From the NCBI RefSeq assembly GCF_009914755.1, contig NC_060938.1: a stretch of DNA of 64,000 bases. One strand, given 5' to 3'. This DNA is from the human T2T-CHM13v2.0 reference genome, Homo sapiens. Made by a program: the position numbers and the translations under genes. The stretch's first letter is position 1. Each line of letters begins with the position of its first letter. This document shows, one piece after another, positions 49,833 to 63,300 of the stretch. The notes beneath the pieces are model-generated. The model did not search any database. It worked only from the letters and a program-made list of their open reading frames with translations, and was not told where the DNA came from.

Positions 49833-52126
49833 TATAGCAAAACATCATGTTGAACACCATAAACATGCAATTTGTATCAGGCAATCAAAAATAATACATA
49901 AATAAATAAACAAATAAGGGAATCCTCCAGGAGGCCGATGACTCCTGGCAGTAAGGGACCTTGGGCAGGCTGCCCTCCTCTTTAGGCCTCAGTCTACCCA
50001 CCCTTGGGTGAATTAGTCTAGTTCCCCCTGGCTGATGGGTTGGTCCCTGCCATGGCTGGAAGGAGATGGTAAGAAGCCCCTGGACGAGGCAGATGCTTGC
50101 CTCAAATTCACTCTCTGGCCAACTGCCAAACAGAGCTGCTGGGGGACCCACCCAGGGCCTGTTCCCACCTCCAAATAACTGCAAACCTAGCTTGCCTGGC
50201 CCGCAGTGGGGTGGGGTGGCCAGACACTAGGATGGGATTCTTGCTTCTCAAGAGACTCGGTGCCTTACCCCTCAGTTTCCTCATCTGTACAATGGGTTGA
50301 CACTGGGATTTCAGCATCACCGTGAGCATGGTATGCAAGCACCATCCGCGGGCTGGACACCCACCCAGGGCGCCCCTAGGGCTCCCAGGAAACAAACAAA
50401 GGAATGCAAGCACCAGCTCAACACCCACGTGCAGCTGGCACCCAAAGGTTACTGACTCCATCCTCACCCTGGTCAGCCAGTCGGAGCTCAGGGCTGGGTA
50501 GGACAGCCTCACTCCCGGAGCACGGGGCCCCCTGGCCTGGGCCAGGCCTCATCCATTCCAGCAGCCACCTGGCCTCAAGGTTGCCCAGCCTCCAGAGTGC
50601 CGTCTCTCCACTTTCTCTGAGTCATTGTGTGATTTTGGTAGTTGCTTCTCCCAGAGCTGATGGTGGAGCTGCTGATTCCCCATGGCGGCCGCATGCCTGT
50701 CCAGACCATCTCCTCTGTGAGAAAGCGGAGAGGGTTGTTTCTCTGGTCCTGGGCCACATGCCCCGGAATTGACAGTGTCATAGCCTCCCACCTGCTCTGC
50801 CATTCCCCCGGCCTTTCTCAGGTCTTGGAGATAGGCCGGTGTGCCCAGAGAGGCCCATGCACTCAGGACCTGCCAGGCTGTCCCGCCAGGGTCAGTGTCA
50901 CATTTGCCCGGCCCAGTGGGGAAAGGTACATTGGTCTTCCAGAAATAAAGAATCCTGGAAAACCAGAGATTCGCAGGTGCGTGCTGGGTGCTCTTGAGGC
51001 TGAGGAATGAGACGCTTCGGAACAAATGTTCTTCCAAAGGCTCCTCTCCTACTTTGCTGAGATCCTCATGACGGATTTGAGGATCAGGGAAGGGGACGAG
51101 GGAATGGTGTGCACTGGGCCCTCACTCCTGTCGGGAATGTCACCTGCACTTAGTCCTTGCCAAGTAGGAGGAGGGTCGATGCTACAGCCCATTTTACAGA
51201 TGAAGAAATGGAGGCTCACAGATGGGAAGTGAATGGCAGCTGGTCTGAGAGAGAGCCAGGCATCACCTAATATGAGCTTGGGAGGTGAGGCTGATTCCCT
51301 GCTTGGGGCCAGGGGCTGGGAACCACCCTTTTTTGACCTAAGAACCCTGCAGGACCTCAGGCCATGATAAATTCTCTTGCTGTGCTCATCCCACACCTGA
51401 AGAGCGGCTTGAGCAAAGACTTGGAGGTGGGAAGGACCCTGTTTGTTCTGGGACTAGCACAGAGATGAGATCAGCTGGAGTGGCGGGGAGGATCCTAAGC
51501 GCTGGGAGCCTGTGTAGCCATGGGAATTGGGATGTTTGCAGAAGCCACCTGGCTGTGCAAGAGGAAGGTGACAAGGCAGGTCAGAAGAGAAGCTGCAGCA
51601 GCGGGGACAGAGCTCTGGATGGGAGGAGGGGCCTGGGTGTGCCGCAGAGAAAATGGCTCCTGTAGGTGGGGGACCAAGGGTCTCCAGTGCGGCCGTGACC
51701 AGTAAGAGGAGGCCAGGGAAGGTGCTGGTGGGGACCTTGATGACAGTGGTGTCGGCAGAGTGCAGGGGGTGACAATGGCCTGGTGGGCAGACAGGGGACC
51801 AGAGACCTAGGCCCTCCTCCAGAGGCGGCAGGAGGAGGACCCGGGGTCAGTGGCGGGCTTAGGGGACAGGGGCTGAGTGTACTCAGGGCTGTGAGGGAGA
51901 CTCCAGCCCCAGTTCCCATTTCTCAGATAAGGACAATGAGGCCCAAACCCAGGGCCAGAGAGGAGGCCGTGCACCCTCAGGTGTCAGACCTGTGGCTGAG
52001 GCCCTTTTCCGGACCCTTTCGCAGGAAGGCAGGGGCTGCTGCCTTTCCCTCTGCTCCAGCAGGTCTGGAGTGGGGCCTGGAATGAGCATTTCTAAGAAGT
52101 TCCCAGCAGGCAACCACTTTGGGTAG

Positions 52127-52127
<1 letters not shown>

Positions 52128-52172
<45 letters not shown>
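52128..52172. repeat. (CA)n microsatellite
   Basis: About 22 CA units. Confidence 0.98.
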
Positions 52173-52174
<2 letters not shown>

Positions 52175-53676
52175 TAGATGGAGACAGAGAGGTGGAGAAA
52201 GAGAGGAACAGGCACAGAGGGAGACAGAGGGCACCTCGATGAACATTGCCCCGCTGGTGCCTCTGCTGGTACCTGTTTTTGGCCTGGCTGTGAATCAGGG
52301 GAGTGACGGGAAGCAGGAGGGCTGGGGACACCAGGTGCCGCCGTGTCAGGGCCTGGGACTGGTGTGGAGAGCAGGCACCCCCATGCTACATCCCAGGGCC
52401 TAGTTTTCCTGACCCAGGATGGTCGGGTGCAGGTGCCCAGGCCTCCGTGGCTGCAGGGGACATTGGCTGGTGGGGGACAAGCAGGGATGCTCCGTGCCAC
52501 CTGCAGTGCTCGGGCCAGATGCTGGGTGGCCGAGGACATGCTCTTGGCAGGCCCAGAAAGGGCGTTTTGTGGCACGGGCTCACTCTGCTCCCATGAGAGA
52601 CCCCGTTGGGCCCAGCAGCCTCATGACCACCAGGGCAGGGCAGTTTTCCCAGAGGAGCCGGTTACACCGCCCTCCCACCTCTGTCACCAGGTCTGTGGAT
52701 GCACGGTGGACAGGTGCCCAGCAGAGCAGGGGGAGCTCTGCCCCAGGGCTTCTGGGCCTCAGCCTGGGGACACTTTCCCAGGCTGACCCTGGTGGCCCAG
52801 GGCCCTGTGTGTGGGCAGCAGAGACCCCAGCCCACCCTGGGGAAGGGCGCAGTCATGTCTCCCGTGTGGCCCAGTGGTCCCCCTTGGTGCCTATCATTGG
52901 CAGGGCCACAAAGAGGGTTTTGTTGACCCCTCGACGAGGGCAGGCACGTGGAGGGTGGGGGCGGCGGCCCCTTTCATCTTCCAGGCCCCTAATTACCCCT
53001 TTCTCTGGCCTGGACCAAGATGCCTTTAAATAGCAACAGTCATGGGGCCAAGGGGGACTGACGGGAGCTGAGGGGCGCGGGGCCTCTGAGGCTGCTCACA
53101 AAGGAGTGAACATTCGCTCTTGGGGATGAAAGAGCTGGGACCCAAAAATAGACTGAGAGGTTCCGGCCTCACCTCGTGGCCCGGGACACCCTGAGCCTCC
53201 TCTCTGAGTGCGAGGCCCCTCCGCGCCCCCACCCTTCCTCAGGCAGGCGTCGACCTGGGGACATTCTAGAAAAGCCTGCTTGGCCCCAGGGCAGTGGCAG
53301 CTGTGCAGTGGGCGTCAGCCAGCGAGGCCCCCCCTCCTTGTCCTTGCCCTTGCCCTTGCCTCTGCCGTTTCCTAGGCCTGAACCGCCTCCTTCCTTCCCC
53401 TTCCTCCTTCGCCGAGGAGCCCGTCTTTGTCTTTCCGGGGCTGGCTCTGATGCCACCTGCCCCAGCCTTCCCTCACCACCCAGGCTGAGCTGGGGCTGGG
53501 GCCTCTCCTTCCCCCTGCCCGGGGGCCATGCCCTGATGTCTGTCACTGTCTCCCACCAGCCCAGCACTCCTGGATGGCAGGGCTGTTGTCTGAGCTCTTG
53601 GCCCCAGAACGGTGCCTGGCACTCAGAGAGGGAAGAAGGGAATGAAGGAAACCCCAACTCTAAACCCACCCCCCAC

Positions 53677-53844
53677 GCCCCAGCCTCACTTTTCTCTTTC
53701 TCTCTATGCCAGGCCCTCCCCAGGTCTGCCCCCTCTTCCTCGGCCCTGTCTGTGCCCTGCGCCCCAGCCTCACCCTTCTCTTTCTCTGTATGCCAGCCCC
53801 TCCCCAGGTCTGCCCCCTTTTCCTCGGCCCTGTCTGTGCCCCCC
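53677..53844. repeat. 2x84-bp tandem duplication
   Basis: GCCCCAGCCTCAC..TTCTCTTTCTCT.TATGCCAG..CCTCCCCAGGTCTGCCCCC..TCCTCGGCCCTGTCTGTGCCC at 53677 and 53761. Confidence 0.92.
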
Positions 53845-54770
53845 ACCTTCAATACGTGCTCTGGAGTCCCCACCCTTGGGGATGCGGACACTTCAAGGGC
53901 TCGTGGGGGCCCATTCTGGAGCTTGCCATAGTGTCCACTGTGGCTGTGACGGAGGTGGCCTCCAGGGAAACCCACCCCTACAGGCCTGTGCCCCTCACAA
54001 TGCTTCCGCAGGGATGGCAGGCTGCGGCCGAGTCCCCTCAGGCTCCTCTTCAGGGGGCAGGGAGAGCACGTGGACAGGGACAGGGCCTTTCAGGACTGTA
54101 GGGGCCCCAGGAACTGCCTGGGAACACGGCCTGGAGGGAGGGCCCCCGGGCGTTTGTGCCTTGAAGTGGCGCAGTCCCTGTGGCCCATGCACACCCGCAT
54201 GCTTAGAGGATGTGCAGGCACCGGACATGCCCCACGCTGGGTTCTGAGGCCGCAACAGTAAAGCGGGCACCGTCCCTGCCTTGGTGGGCTCTGGGGCTAG
54301 TGGATCCGGCTGACAGTGCAGGCAGCTGTGGCCCCCTCAGGGTGGCGCAGGGACCTGGCGATAGGGTAAGGAAAGTTCTGAGGCCCTGGAGGGACAGGCC
54401 AGGAAGCAAGAAGGATGTGGAGCATGCAGGGGCCTGCTGGGGCCTGCGGGCCCAGGCGGGTGGGCAAGGGGGCAGCTCCACTTGCTCATGAGGATGGTGT
54501 GTTGACAGAGATGAGGTGGGTGGGGCTGCAGGCCCCTGAAAGCAGGCATTGAGCCAAGTAGAGGTGGTAGCTATCCACTGACACCCTCCAGCCCCCTTGG
54601 GACAGACTTCTGCCAGGAGCTGGATTTGGGGAGGTGGGAGCAGGGCCGTGCCTCAGCCTCCTGCGGGCTTCAGTGGTCCTGGAGATTGATCTGGTGGGAA
54701 CAGATAAATCCAGGGCAGAAGCTCAGAGCTGGGAGGATGGGGCCACCATCTCCTCCATCCTTGGCATCAC

Positions 54771-55234
54771 TGGTGGCGGCAGAATAAACGCCCCCCAACC
54801 ATGTCCACACCCTAGTCCCCGGGACCTGGGCATGTGCCACCTCATGTGTGAAAAGAGACTCTCCAGATGGGGCTCACAGTCAAGACCCTGAGATGGGAGG
54901 TCATCCTGGGTCATCCGGGTGGGCCGCATGTAATCACCAGGGTCCTTATGAGAGAGACAGAGGTCAGAGGAGGAGACATGACGGGGGAGGCAGAGGTCTG
55001 AGGGATGAGACCACTGGCCAAGGAGCACAGGCGGCCTCTAGAAGCTGAAGAAGGCAAGGAAAGGGATTCTCCCCTGCGGCCTCCGGGAGGAACCAGCCCT
55101 GCCCGCACCTGGAACGTAGCCCAGGGAGAGCCATTTTGGACATCCTACCTCAGAAGTGTAAGATAATAAATCTGTGTTGTTTTAAGTCACTAAGTTTGTG
55201 GCAATTTGTTACGGCAGCCACAGGAAAGTCACCA
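54771..55234 (+). mobile_element. MLT1C/D-like solo LTR
   Basis: MLT1 3' motif AGATAATAAATCTGTGTTGTTTTAAGTCACTAAGTTTGTGG; TSD ATCAC/ATCAT. Confidence 0.8.
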
Positions 55235-56848
55235 ATCATCCCTCAGACCCACGCCTTTCCAGGACACCAGACTCCCTGTGCTGGTCCCCAGGTGAAGCCA
55301 CCTGCACAGCCACTCTCGAAGGCCAGAGCTTTAGTCTCCCCATGGCCAGGCCCAAACTCCCTGCTTCTGATGATGGGGCCATTATCCCCTGCAGGACAGC
55401 TCTGGAAGAGCCTTCGGCACCTCTCCTGGCAGCTCCTGGCAGGGCTCCGCCCGCGGGGGCTGGAGGGTGTCGGTGGATGACTGAGGTCTCCAGCGCAGCA
55501 ACAGCGCCTGTGCCTGCAGACCGTATTCTTAAGGCCATCAATCACAGGAGAGGTGCTGACAGTGTTTTGGGCCCCTTTCAAGCCCTAAACCACCAAAACC
55601 CAAACAACACTGGCCTCCAGATTCCACCTTGAGGTCAGGCTGCCACTGCTGCCTGGAGCCCCCAGGTCCCGGAGGCCAGCTCCACCAGGAACCTCGGTGA
55701 GAGCCTTCCCAGGCAGACCCAGACACGTTCTGGGTCTGGCCACTGTGCTTTCCAGGAGGACTGGAGCCTGGCCATTGGCTTCCTTCTGGAGCTCTGGCCT
55801 CCAGCTGTAATACTCAAGGGAAATTCAAAGAGAATCCCCCAGAGAGGTCCTTGGGGAATAAACTTGGCCCCAATTGCATTTGGGGCAGAGCAGCAAATTT
55901 GGGAGGAGACAGTCGGGATCCAGGAAGGCCCCGCTTCAATTGGCCTCCTAAGAGAACAGAGCCTCTGACTGGACCCCGGCGTCTGTTTCTGCAGGTAAGA
56001 CATCTGCCAGGTTGTAGGAGGCTTCATCCTGGGGTGTGGAGTCTGGGAGCAGTGCCAGACTGGGGAGCTGCAGGCCACGTCACCCAGCACCCCCTGGGCA
56101 GTTCCCAGGGTGGTCTGGGAGTGGCCTCTGCCTCAGCCCTCCTGACTACTGGGCAGGGCCATGCACCTCCTTCTCCATCTCTCCACGGTTTGGGGCTCAG
56201 TGGAGAAAGCGTGGTTGGGGTGGGGAGGTCGGACAGGCTGTGTTCCAGTCCTGGTTCCCCCATGCCCAGGAGCTCATCATCCACCTCTCTCACAACATCC
56301 TTCCCAAACACCAGGCTGCAGCCAACATCCAGCTTTGCTGCCCGGAGCCCCTGGTCCCCCTTCAGGGCCCCGGACACACTTGTTATGCCTCGTCCCCCAT
56401 CCATCGTCCCCACTGGATTGTGTTCCCATGGCTGGGCATGGCTCACAGTCCCTGCTGAATAGTCAGGGTCCAGCATCAGCTTCCACACTGGGTCCCTTCC
56501 CTTTCCTGCTCAATCTGTCCTCATTTCCTTCTGCATTCAGGATAAACCCAGATCTGGTGTCCAGGCCCACCCAAGCACCCTGCAGCTGCTCCATCCCACA
56601 CCTCCTCCTGTTGTCATCCTGTGGCCACCCGGCCTCCCATCCAGTCCAGAGCCAGCCGCCTCCCAGTCTCAGGCCTTTGTCCCCGCTGTCCCTCCTGCTG
56701 GAACTGCGTTCCCCAAGTTCTCCTTCCAAGGCGGCTCCCGTCTCCTTCTGCATCTCGTTCTGACTCAGCTGAAGCACAGCTCCTGCAGGAGGCTCTGCCC
56801 ACAGTGTGCTTGCGCAGGTGCGCTGCTGGCTTCGCTCATAGCACACTG

Positions 56849-57150
56849 ACATCTTTTGCAACAACATGGATGGAACTGGAAGCCATTATCTTAAGTGAAA
56901 TATAGCAGACGCAGAGGGTCAAAGACCGCATGTTCTCACTTATAAGTGGGAGCTAAACAATGCATACGCATGGATACAGGGTGTGGAGTGAGAGGCACTG
57001 GAGACTTGGAAGGGTGGGAGGGGGATGCGGGACGAGAAACTGCTTAATGGGTACAAATGTATACTGCTTAGGTGATGGCTACACTAACGGCACAGACCTC
57101 ACCACCGTGCAATGTTAATGGAATGCCCTGGACCCCTAAATCTATTTTTT
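56849..57150 (+). mobile_element. L1PB-like 3' end fragment
   Basis: Encodes SFATTWMELEAIILSEI (L1 ORF2 C-terminus), followed by 3' UTR. Confidence 0.85.
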
Positions 57151-58929
57151 GAAGTGTAATGGCCTTTTGTGTCTTCTGGTTCCCCTATGTGGTCCCTCCC
57201 TGGAGAGAATATCACTCTCAAGGGAAGAAATGTCCCAGTTTGCTCCCGCCCATCTCCTCGGTGCCCGGTGCCCCTGGGTGGAAGGCAGGTGCCCAGGCAG
57301 CATTAGCGGAATGGGGGACCAAGGAGGAAGAGCCAGTGAGTGGGTGGACATGGAGTCCCCCAGCTAGGGACCCTACAAACACCTTTGGGGAAAATCACTG
57401 ACCGACCTCGGCTGCAGGCAACCAGGGTCTTTCAGCAAACTAAAATAGTTACCAAATTCACTCAACTCAGGACCTGAGCTGTCTAGAATAGAGTATAGAT
57501 AAATCGGTGGACAGGCGGGAAAATCTAAGGTCATTTCCCTGATGTAGCAACAGTCCCTAGGGGAGAGGAGGGGGCCAGCCTCTGCCTCCAGGGCCTGTTT
57601 CACTGTTAGGGCACTGTCCCCTCTCATCCCAGGGCTGCAGGAGGCCATGAAGGAGGTGAGAGAGGCAGAGGTGTGGTCATGGTTTCCCTCCTTGCTCTCA
57701 GCACCCAGTGGCTCCTTAAGCTGTTGTTGGGGGTGGGGGTGTCTGGAGGTTTTGTTTATTGCACAGCAGGCGGTCACCTCCAGAGTTCTATGGAATGGAT
57801 TTCAGAGCTGCTTCCTGGGATCACAAACTCTTTGGAGTTCAAGGGTGCAGAGGCATCTAACATGTGGGAACCCTATGGACTTGCAAGATCTTCTTTTCTC
57901 AGCAAAGGAGCACAGCAGCGGAAGACACGGGTGGGATGAGAAATTGCAGCAGTTGAGCACACGCTCACAGTGGCCCTGCCGGTCTGCACAGGCAGCTCAG
58001 CTGCTCCAGGACCCAGTTCTATCTACCACTCATGGACACTGAGTGACCCTCAAGCCCCCCTCCCTTCCCACTCCAAGCACTCCAAGCTCAGTGCTCTTGC
58101 AGCGCTGGTGGAATTGAAGTCACATTTTCAGAAGAGTCACGGATTCTGATGCTGAGGACTGGGGCTTTATGTCTGTGCTGCTGCCACCATTGTGCACAAA
58201 CCTCCGGATCCCAAATCTCTCAGGACAGGCTTGCGGCACCGTCTGACCTGACCGTGAACAGCATCAGCTCCTCTCCCACCTGCCCTCCAGGAGCAGGGAA
58301 TTCACAGGCCTGGAACGCTCCAGAGCTCTGCGTCTCAGGCAAGACTCCGATACTCTCCAGCTTTGTCGGGCTCCTTTTTTCCCACCAGACTGCACAAAAG
58401 GAAGCTGAATCTGGCATGCCACCCACCACCCTGGGCCTCCAGCAAGCTCGGCCTCCTGAGGCCAGAGATGGGACTTGTTGGGGGAGAGGGGCCAGAAGGC
58501 TCGACTCTCCAGGATCCAGTTCTGTCTGTCACTTGCAATCTGACTTTGGGCAAACCCCTGCTCTCTGAGTCCCGGTTCCGCTGTCAGATAAGCTGGGATG
58601 ATGTTCATCTCCAAGTGGTTGTAAGGGTTAAATGAGGGCATGGACATGTTTTACAGATTGGGAAGGAATAGAAAAATGATTATTATGGTTGTCCTTGTAA
58701 GTGACTGCTTCTCAAAAGCACACAGAGGCTACCTTAAGAGATTTATTTTCCTTCCCTTTTATTTTGAGCTTGACTTTGGAGAACTGAAAATATTCAGAGC
58801 CAGAAGGATCTGGGGAGGTTATTAAGCCTGAACTAAAGCCTTGACAGGTTGTGGTTCTAAAATTGCCAGCCAGTGAACAGGCCTGCTCTCCCACCCTCCC
58901 CCTTTCTCCCTATCTTCATGCATACCTCC

Positions 58930-59590
58930 CTGCATTCATATAATCACCCATCCATTCGTTCATCCACCCATGTGTCCATCATCCATCCATCTGTCCATCT
59001 TCCATCCATCCAACTCTCCATGTGTCCATCCATCCACTCACCCATTCATCTGCTTCTCTCTCCCTCCATCATTCCATTCATCCATTTTCCTTCCATATAT
59101 CTACGTATTCTTCCATCCATCCATCCATCCATCCAACCATCCATCCATCCATCCATCCACTTTTCCACCCATCCATCCATTCATTCATCCACCCATCCAT
59201 GCATCCATCCATCCATCCATCCATGCACCCATCCATCCATCTCTCCATGTGTCCATCCATCCACCCACCCATTCATTTGCTTCTTTCTCCCTCCATCATT
59301 CCATTCATCCATTTTCCTTCCATATATCTGTATATTCTCCCATCCTTCCATCCACTTTTCTATTCGTCCATCCATCCATCCATCCATCCATCCACCCATC
59401 CATCCATCTCTCCATGTGTCCATCCATCCACCCACCCATTCATCTGCTTCTTTCTCCCTCTGTCATTCCATTCATCCTTTTCTCCTTCCATATATCTATA
59501 TATTCCTCCATCTGTCAATCCACTTTTCCATACATCCTTATGCCCATCCATCCATCCATTCATCTCCCCATTTATCCACCTCCCTCCATC
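58930..59590. repeat. (CCAT)n-based complex repeat with higher-order units
   Basis: CCAT arrays interleaved with three copies of a ~108-bp block. Confidence 0.93.
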
Positions 59591-59969
59591 TCTCCTTCCA
59601 GCACTCACAAACACTGCCTTCATGTTTGGCACAGGGAACCCAGACTTAGATCCATCCCCCACTGGAGCCTGGACAGCCATAGGACATAGGCCTCAACTAA
59701 ATGTGAAACTTCAGAATGGGGAGTGGGTGTGGGGGAACCCACAGGGGTTCAGAGAGGAACTTTAGCACTAGCCAGGGAAGGGCTATGGTCCTAGAAGAGT
59801 TAACTCCACTCTTCTGGCAGCTACCCAAAGAGCTAGAGAATCTGAGCATGTCCCTCCTCCCCCATCCCTGGCCCACCTTGGCATCTTTCTGCTCTGCCGA
59901 GGCGAAAGCCACCTTCACTCTGCAATTTAATCCCAGTTCCCATAGCTCTGCAAGTTTCCTAGACTCGAA

Positions 59970-60330
59970 GACAAAGATAAAAACATCATAATAACCACAG
60001 TGAGACAAAAAATAATAATCCCAGTGCTGAAAAAAATGAGATGCTGTCGCTTACATCTTGATAAACTGTAAAATTTATCTTCTTGTGCCGATCTTCCCTT
60101 CTCTATTTCATTTACAGTGGATTTTTAATAAAAAAAAGTTGATAAAAATCAAAGCAACATAATCAAAATAGAAAAGTTTGACATTTATAGATGTTGTTTA
60201 TTACTATAGTGTTTTAAGGTATTAAAAAGGCACACCAAAATTAGTTTCTTATCAAATGTCAAATTTTCATCAAGTTCTCGCCTACAAACTATTTCAACTT
60301 TGTTCTTTGGAACAGAGTTGAGTGTCTCCA
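59970..60330. promoter_or_regulatory. AT-rich, non-repetitive enhancer-like island
   Basis: Sharp AT-rich unique segment in GC-rich DNA with ATCAAAG (TCF/LEF), TGATAA/CTTATC (GATA), TGTTTAT (FOX) and TGACA/TGTCA (TALE) motifs; inference only. Confidence 0.4.
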
Positions 60331-63300
60331 TGAGCACGTGGGGGAGAGTCCCTGAGGACTTGCAGTGTTGTTTCTCCCCGCATCATCACTCCACTAAAAG
60401 AATTAACACGACGTGTTGTCTTCCTAATAAGCTTTAAGAAGGAGTTTGCTTTTCTTGTTCTTTTTCCCCTGCTTTAGAGGCAGATGTGTTGCTGTTTGTG
60501 TATCTTATACACTAGAAGGAAACTGCAATGGTGGAAAGGTCTCCTGACCTTGGCCCAGTTCAGAACTGTCCCAAATGACCCCATCTTGACTCCGAACGAG
60601 CCCATCCCTTCCGCATGTACAGCTGTGCAAAGAAAGACGCTGTCTCCGTGGAGCCAACAGCAGCCCTGGGCGGTACCAGGGGCAGGGTCTCAGGTTGGAG
60701 TTTAATTGCTTGGAACAGAGATCAGCTTTAATCAGCTTGAGCAAGGAGGGAGGAGGCCCTAGACAAAGACCAGGCCCGGGGGGCACAGTGAACATGGGGT
60801 GTCTGGGAGCCAAGAGCGAGCCCCAGGAGCGTGAAGACAGTCGGGCGTGGCCAGGATGTGACGGGGCTGGGCTTTCCCTTCTTAGAGATGAGGGCTGGAT
60901 CGCCGGGAGGGGCCAGCTCCAAGGCAGGAGGCCAGGGCTGCCATCCTTCTCGAACATATCCACGGACACCGTGAAGGTGTGGTCAGGGGCAGAGCTGGGC
61001 AGTCGGAGGAGCTAGGGTTTGCATCCATCGTGTACCACTCCACGTGTGTCCTGACCAGATCACTTTCCCGGCTGAGTCTTAGTTTCCCAATTACCTGAAC
61101 TCCCTCGGCCTCAGTTTTCTCATCTGTCAAATGAACAGAATGATTCTTTTGCCTGAAAGGGGAGCAAGCACTGGGTATTCATTCTTCCTGCACCTCGGAT
61201 CTCCTCTAGTTTGGGGATCTGCGAGCCCGTGGTTGAGCGGGATATGAACTCAGGCTCCTGCCCCCAAAGGAGTCTTTCTCCTCCTCCCCCCACCTCCTGC
61301 TTTCCTGTCCTGCTCGGCAGGCAGCCTCGGGTTGCAGAGGTGAGTCCTGCTTTTCTCCCTCCCACACCGTGCTTTCCCTTAACTCCCCAGCCCCAGGGAG
61401 AGGCAGCATTCTACATTTCAGAACCTTCTGAAGGGGGTTGTGTCCTTCTTCCAGAGCTAACTCTCTTGAGAGTGCTCTGAGCTGGACAGCTGGTGGGTGG
61501 AAGACAGGCAAGACAGCGATGCCAAGAGACACAGCATTTCCAGATGATTAGAGGAAAAGAAGCAAAGGATGTTGCTCGTCTCAGAAAAATCTGTGCAAAC
61601 AGCCGTCAGGGAAATAGCTTCCCATGAAAGTCCCACGAATGAAAAACAAGAGGAACGAGGCGTCCACTGATCCCAGAACAGACAGGAGGAGCATGGCAGA
61701 GACAATTAGGATCTATTAGCCCTGCCCCTCTTCTAAACAGCCACCGGGGGACAGCCTGTGCTGGGCCCAAGAACACAGCGATGGCCAGACGGGCCCTGAC
61801 CCTGCGTGACCATCCCGTGCGGCTCAGGGAGACAGTACTCAAACCTCAGGGGACCGGCAGGTGCGTGACATCCAGGAGGGAAAGCCATGCACTGCGGAGG
61901 TTTAAAGATGGCGGGAATAAACTCTGCGACTTTGGGTTTAGAAAACACACTGTATTCAGAGGCAGCCAGAGACGATTTATAACATGCCATATTAGGGAAC
62001 TTATAATAGCATCTAACAAGCAAAACCTCCGCATTTCAGTGGCTTCATGTAACACCGTTAATTCTTGCTTCCTGAACAGCTCCATGTGGTGCTTCTGGTG
62101 GGCAGGTGGCCCTCTTCCTGGCTGACTCAGGGACCCCTGTGGCTCTGCTGTTCAGGGAGAGTCAGAGCCCTCTGTGTGCAGCTGGCAAAGGAGGAAAGTG
62201 GCCAGGGGGATGGCCCAGCCCTATCTCAGAAACCTCAGCCCGGAAGTGGCCCACTTCCCTTCCACTCACAGTCTTTTTGAGAACAAGCTTGTGCCTGTGC
62301 CTGGAAGCGAGGAGGGCTGGAACTGGGGCCCTGCTGGGAAGCCCTGTATCTGCAGAACTCTGTCCCGTGGGGGCCAGGGGACACAGATTTTTGCAGCCCT
62401 CTGATGCTGAAGCCTTTCTGGGGCTGGGATGACCCAATGCCCACCTGGACCGTGAACTTCCTGGTGACCCTCTGAGACAACTTCCTGGGCAGAGTTGATC
62501 ATCATGGAGTCAGTGCAAGTCTGGGAACAGTGGCCTGAAACTGCGCAGCTCCAGTGTGTCGGTGAGCGCCGTCCTCCCAGGGCTCAGGGGAGGGCAGATG
62601 AGAAACCAGAAGATCCGCAGAGCAGGAGGCTCCACCGGAGGCCCGAGCCAGGGCCACCCAGAGGAACGGGCCCTGGCTGGGGACAGAAGCCTGCTGGTGT
62701 GCTCACTGCGTTTCCTTCCCCTTTGTCCCCCAGCTTTTAAACGGGTTTGAGGAAGTCTCAGGGCTACGTCAGCTGTGCTAGGGGAGCCAACGAGGGCAAC
62801 TGGGCTGAAGCGAGCAGTGAATCCGAGAGGAAGTTCAGGACAAGGGGCCCTCCGTGCGGCTGAACAGGGATCCCTCCCTGGCTGCCCTTCAGTTGGGCCC
62901 TTCTCTCTGAGCTCTTCTCCACGAGACTCCACCACGGCCTGCTGAACTCAGTTTTAGCAGAGAATCCTAAGTGAGCTGATTGAGAATCCCCTCCCCTTGA
63001 CAAATGATTGAATTCCACGTCATCATTTTCCATCCACAGCCCCTCCCTTTGCCCATGGGCTGTCAATCCCCAGGTGTCCCCACTGTGTTCAGAGCTGAGT
63101 CCATCTCTGTCCCTGCTGTAATACTCTTGAGTCAAGTCTTCCTCACCATTTGTAGCTGGTCCGGGGCACCCCACCGAGAGTAGGAGACAATTCTTCCCAT
63201 CTAGAACATTCCTTCCAGGCTCAGGACCAGTCTTGCCTGCTGGGGGATAGGGGCTGCCAAGAGGGGCTTTTCCAACATGGGCAGTGGTATGGGAGCTTGG

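Larger units (their letters stand above)
46315..49915 (+). mobile_element. Internally deleted L1M/L1MA (5' UTR + mid-ORF2 + 3' tip) carrying THE1 and Tigger inserts
   Basis: CAAGATGGC YY1-type start at 46328; ORF2 from ~46960 (AAAGAAAAGCCC..GATGGCTTCACTG) to ~49170; L1 3' tip with (TAAA)n tail at 49833-49915. Confidence 0.75.

Noticed and set aside
53169-54247. 200-270-aa ORFs on both strands
   Set aside because: GC-rich sequence with a tandem duplication and no protein-family signature.
58873-59765. Three overlapping ~250-aa HPSI-rich ORFs
   Set aside because: They are products of the stop-free CCAT repeat.
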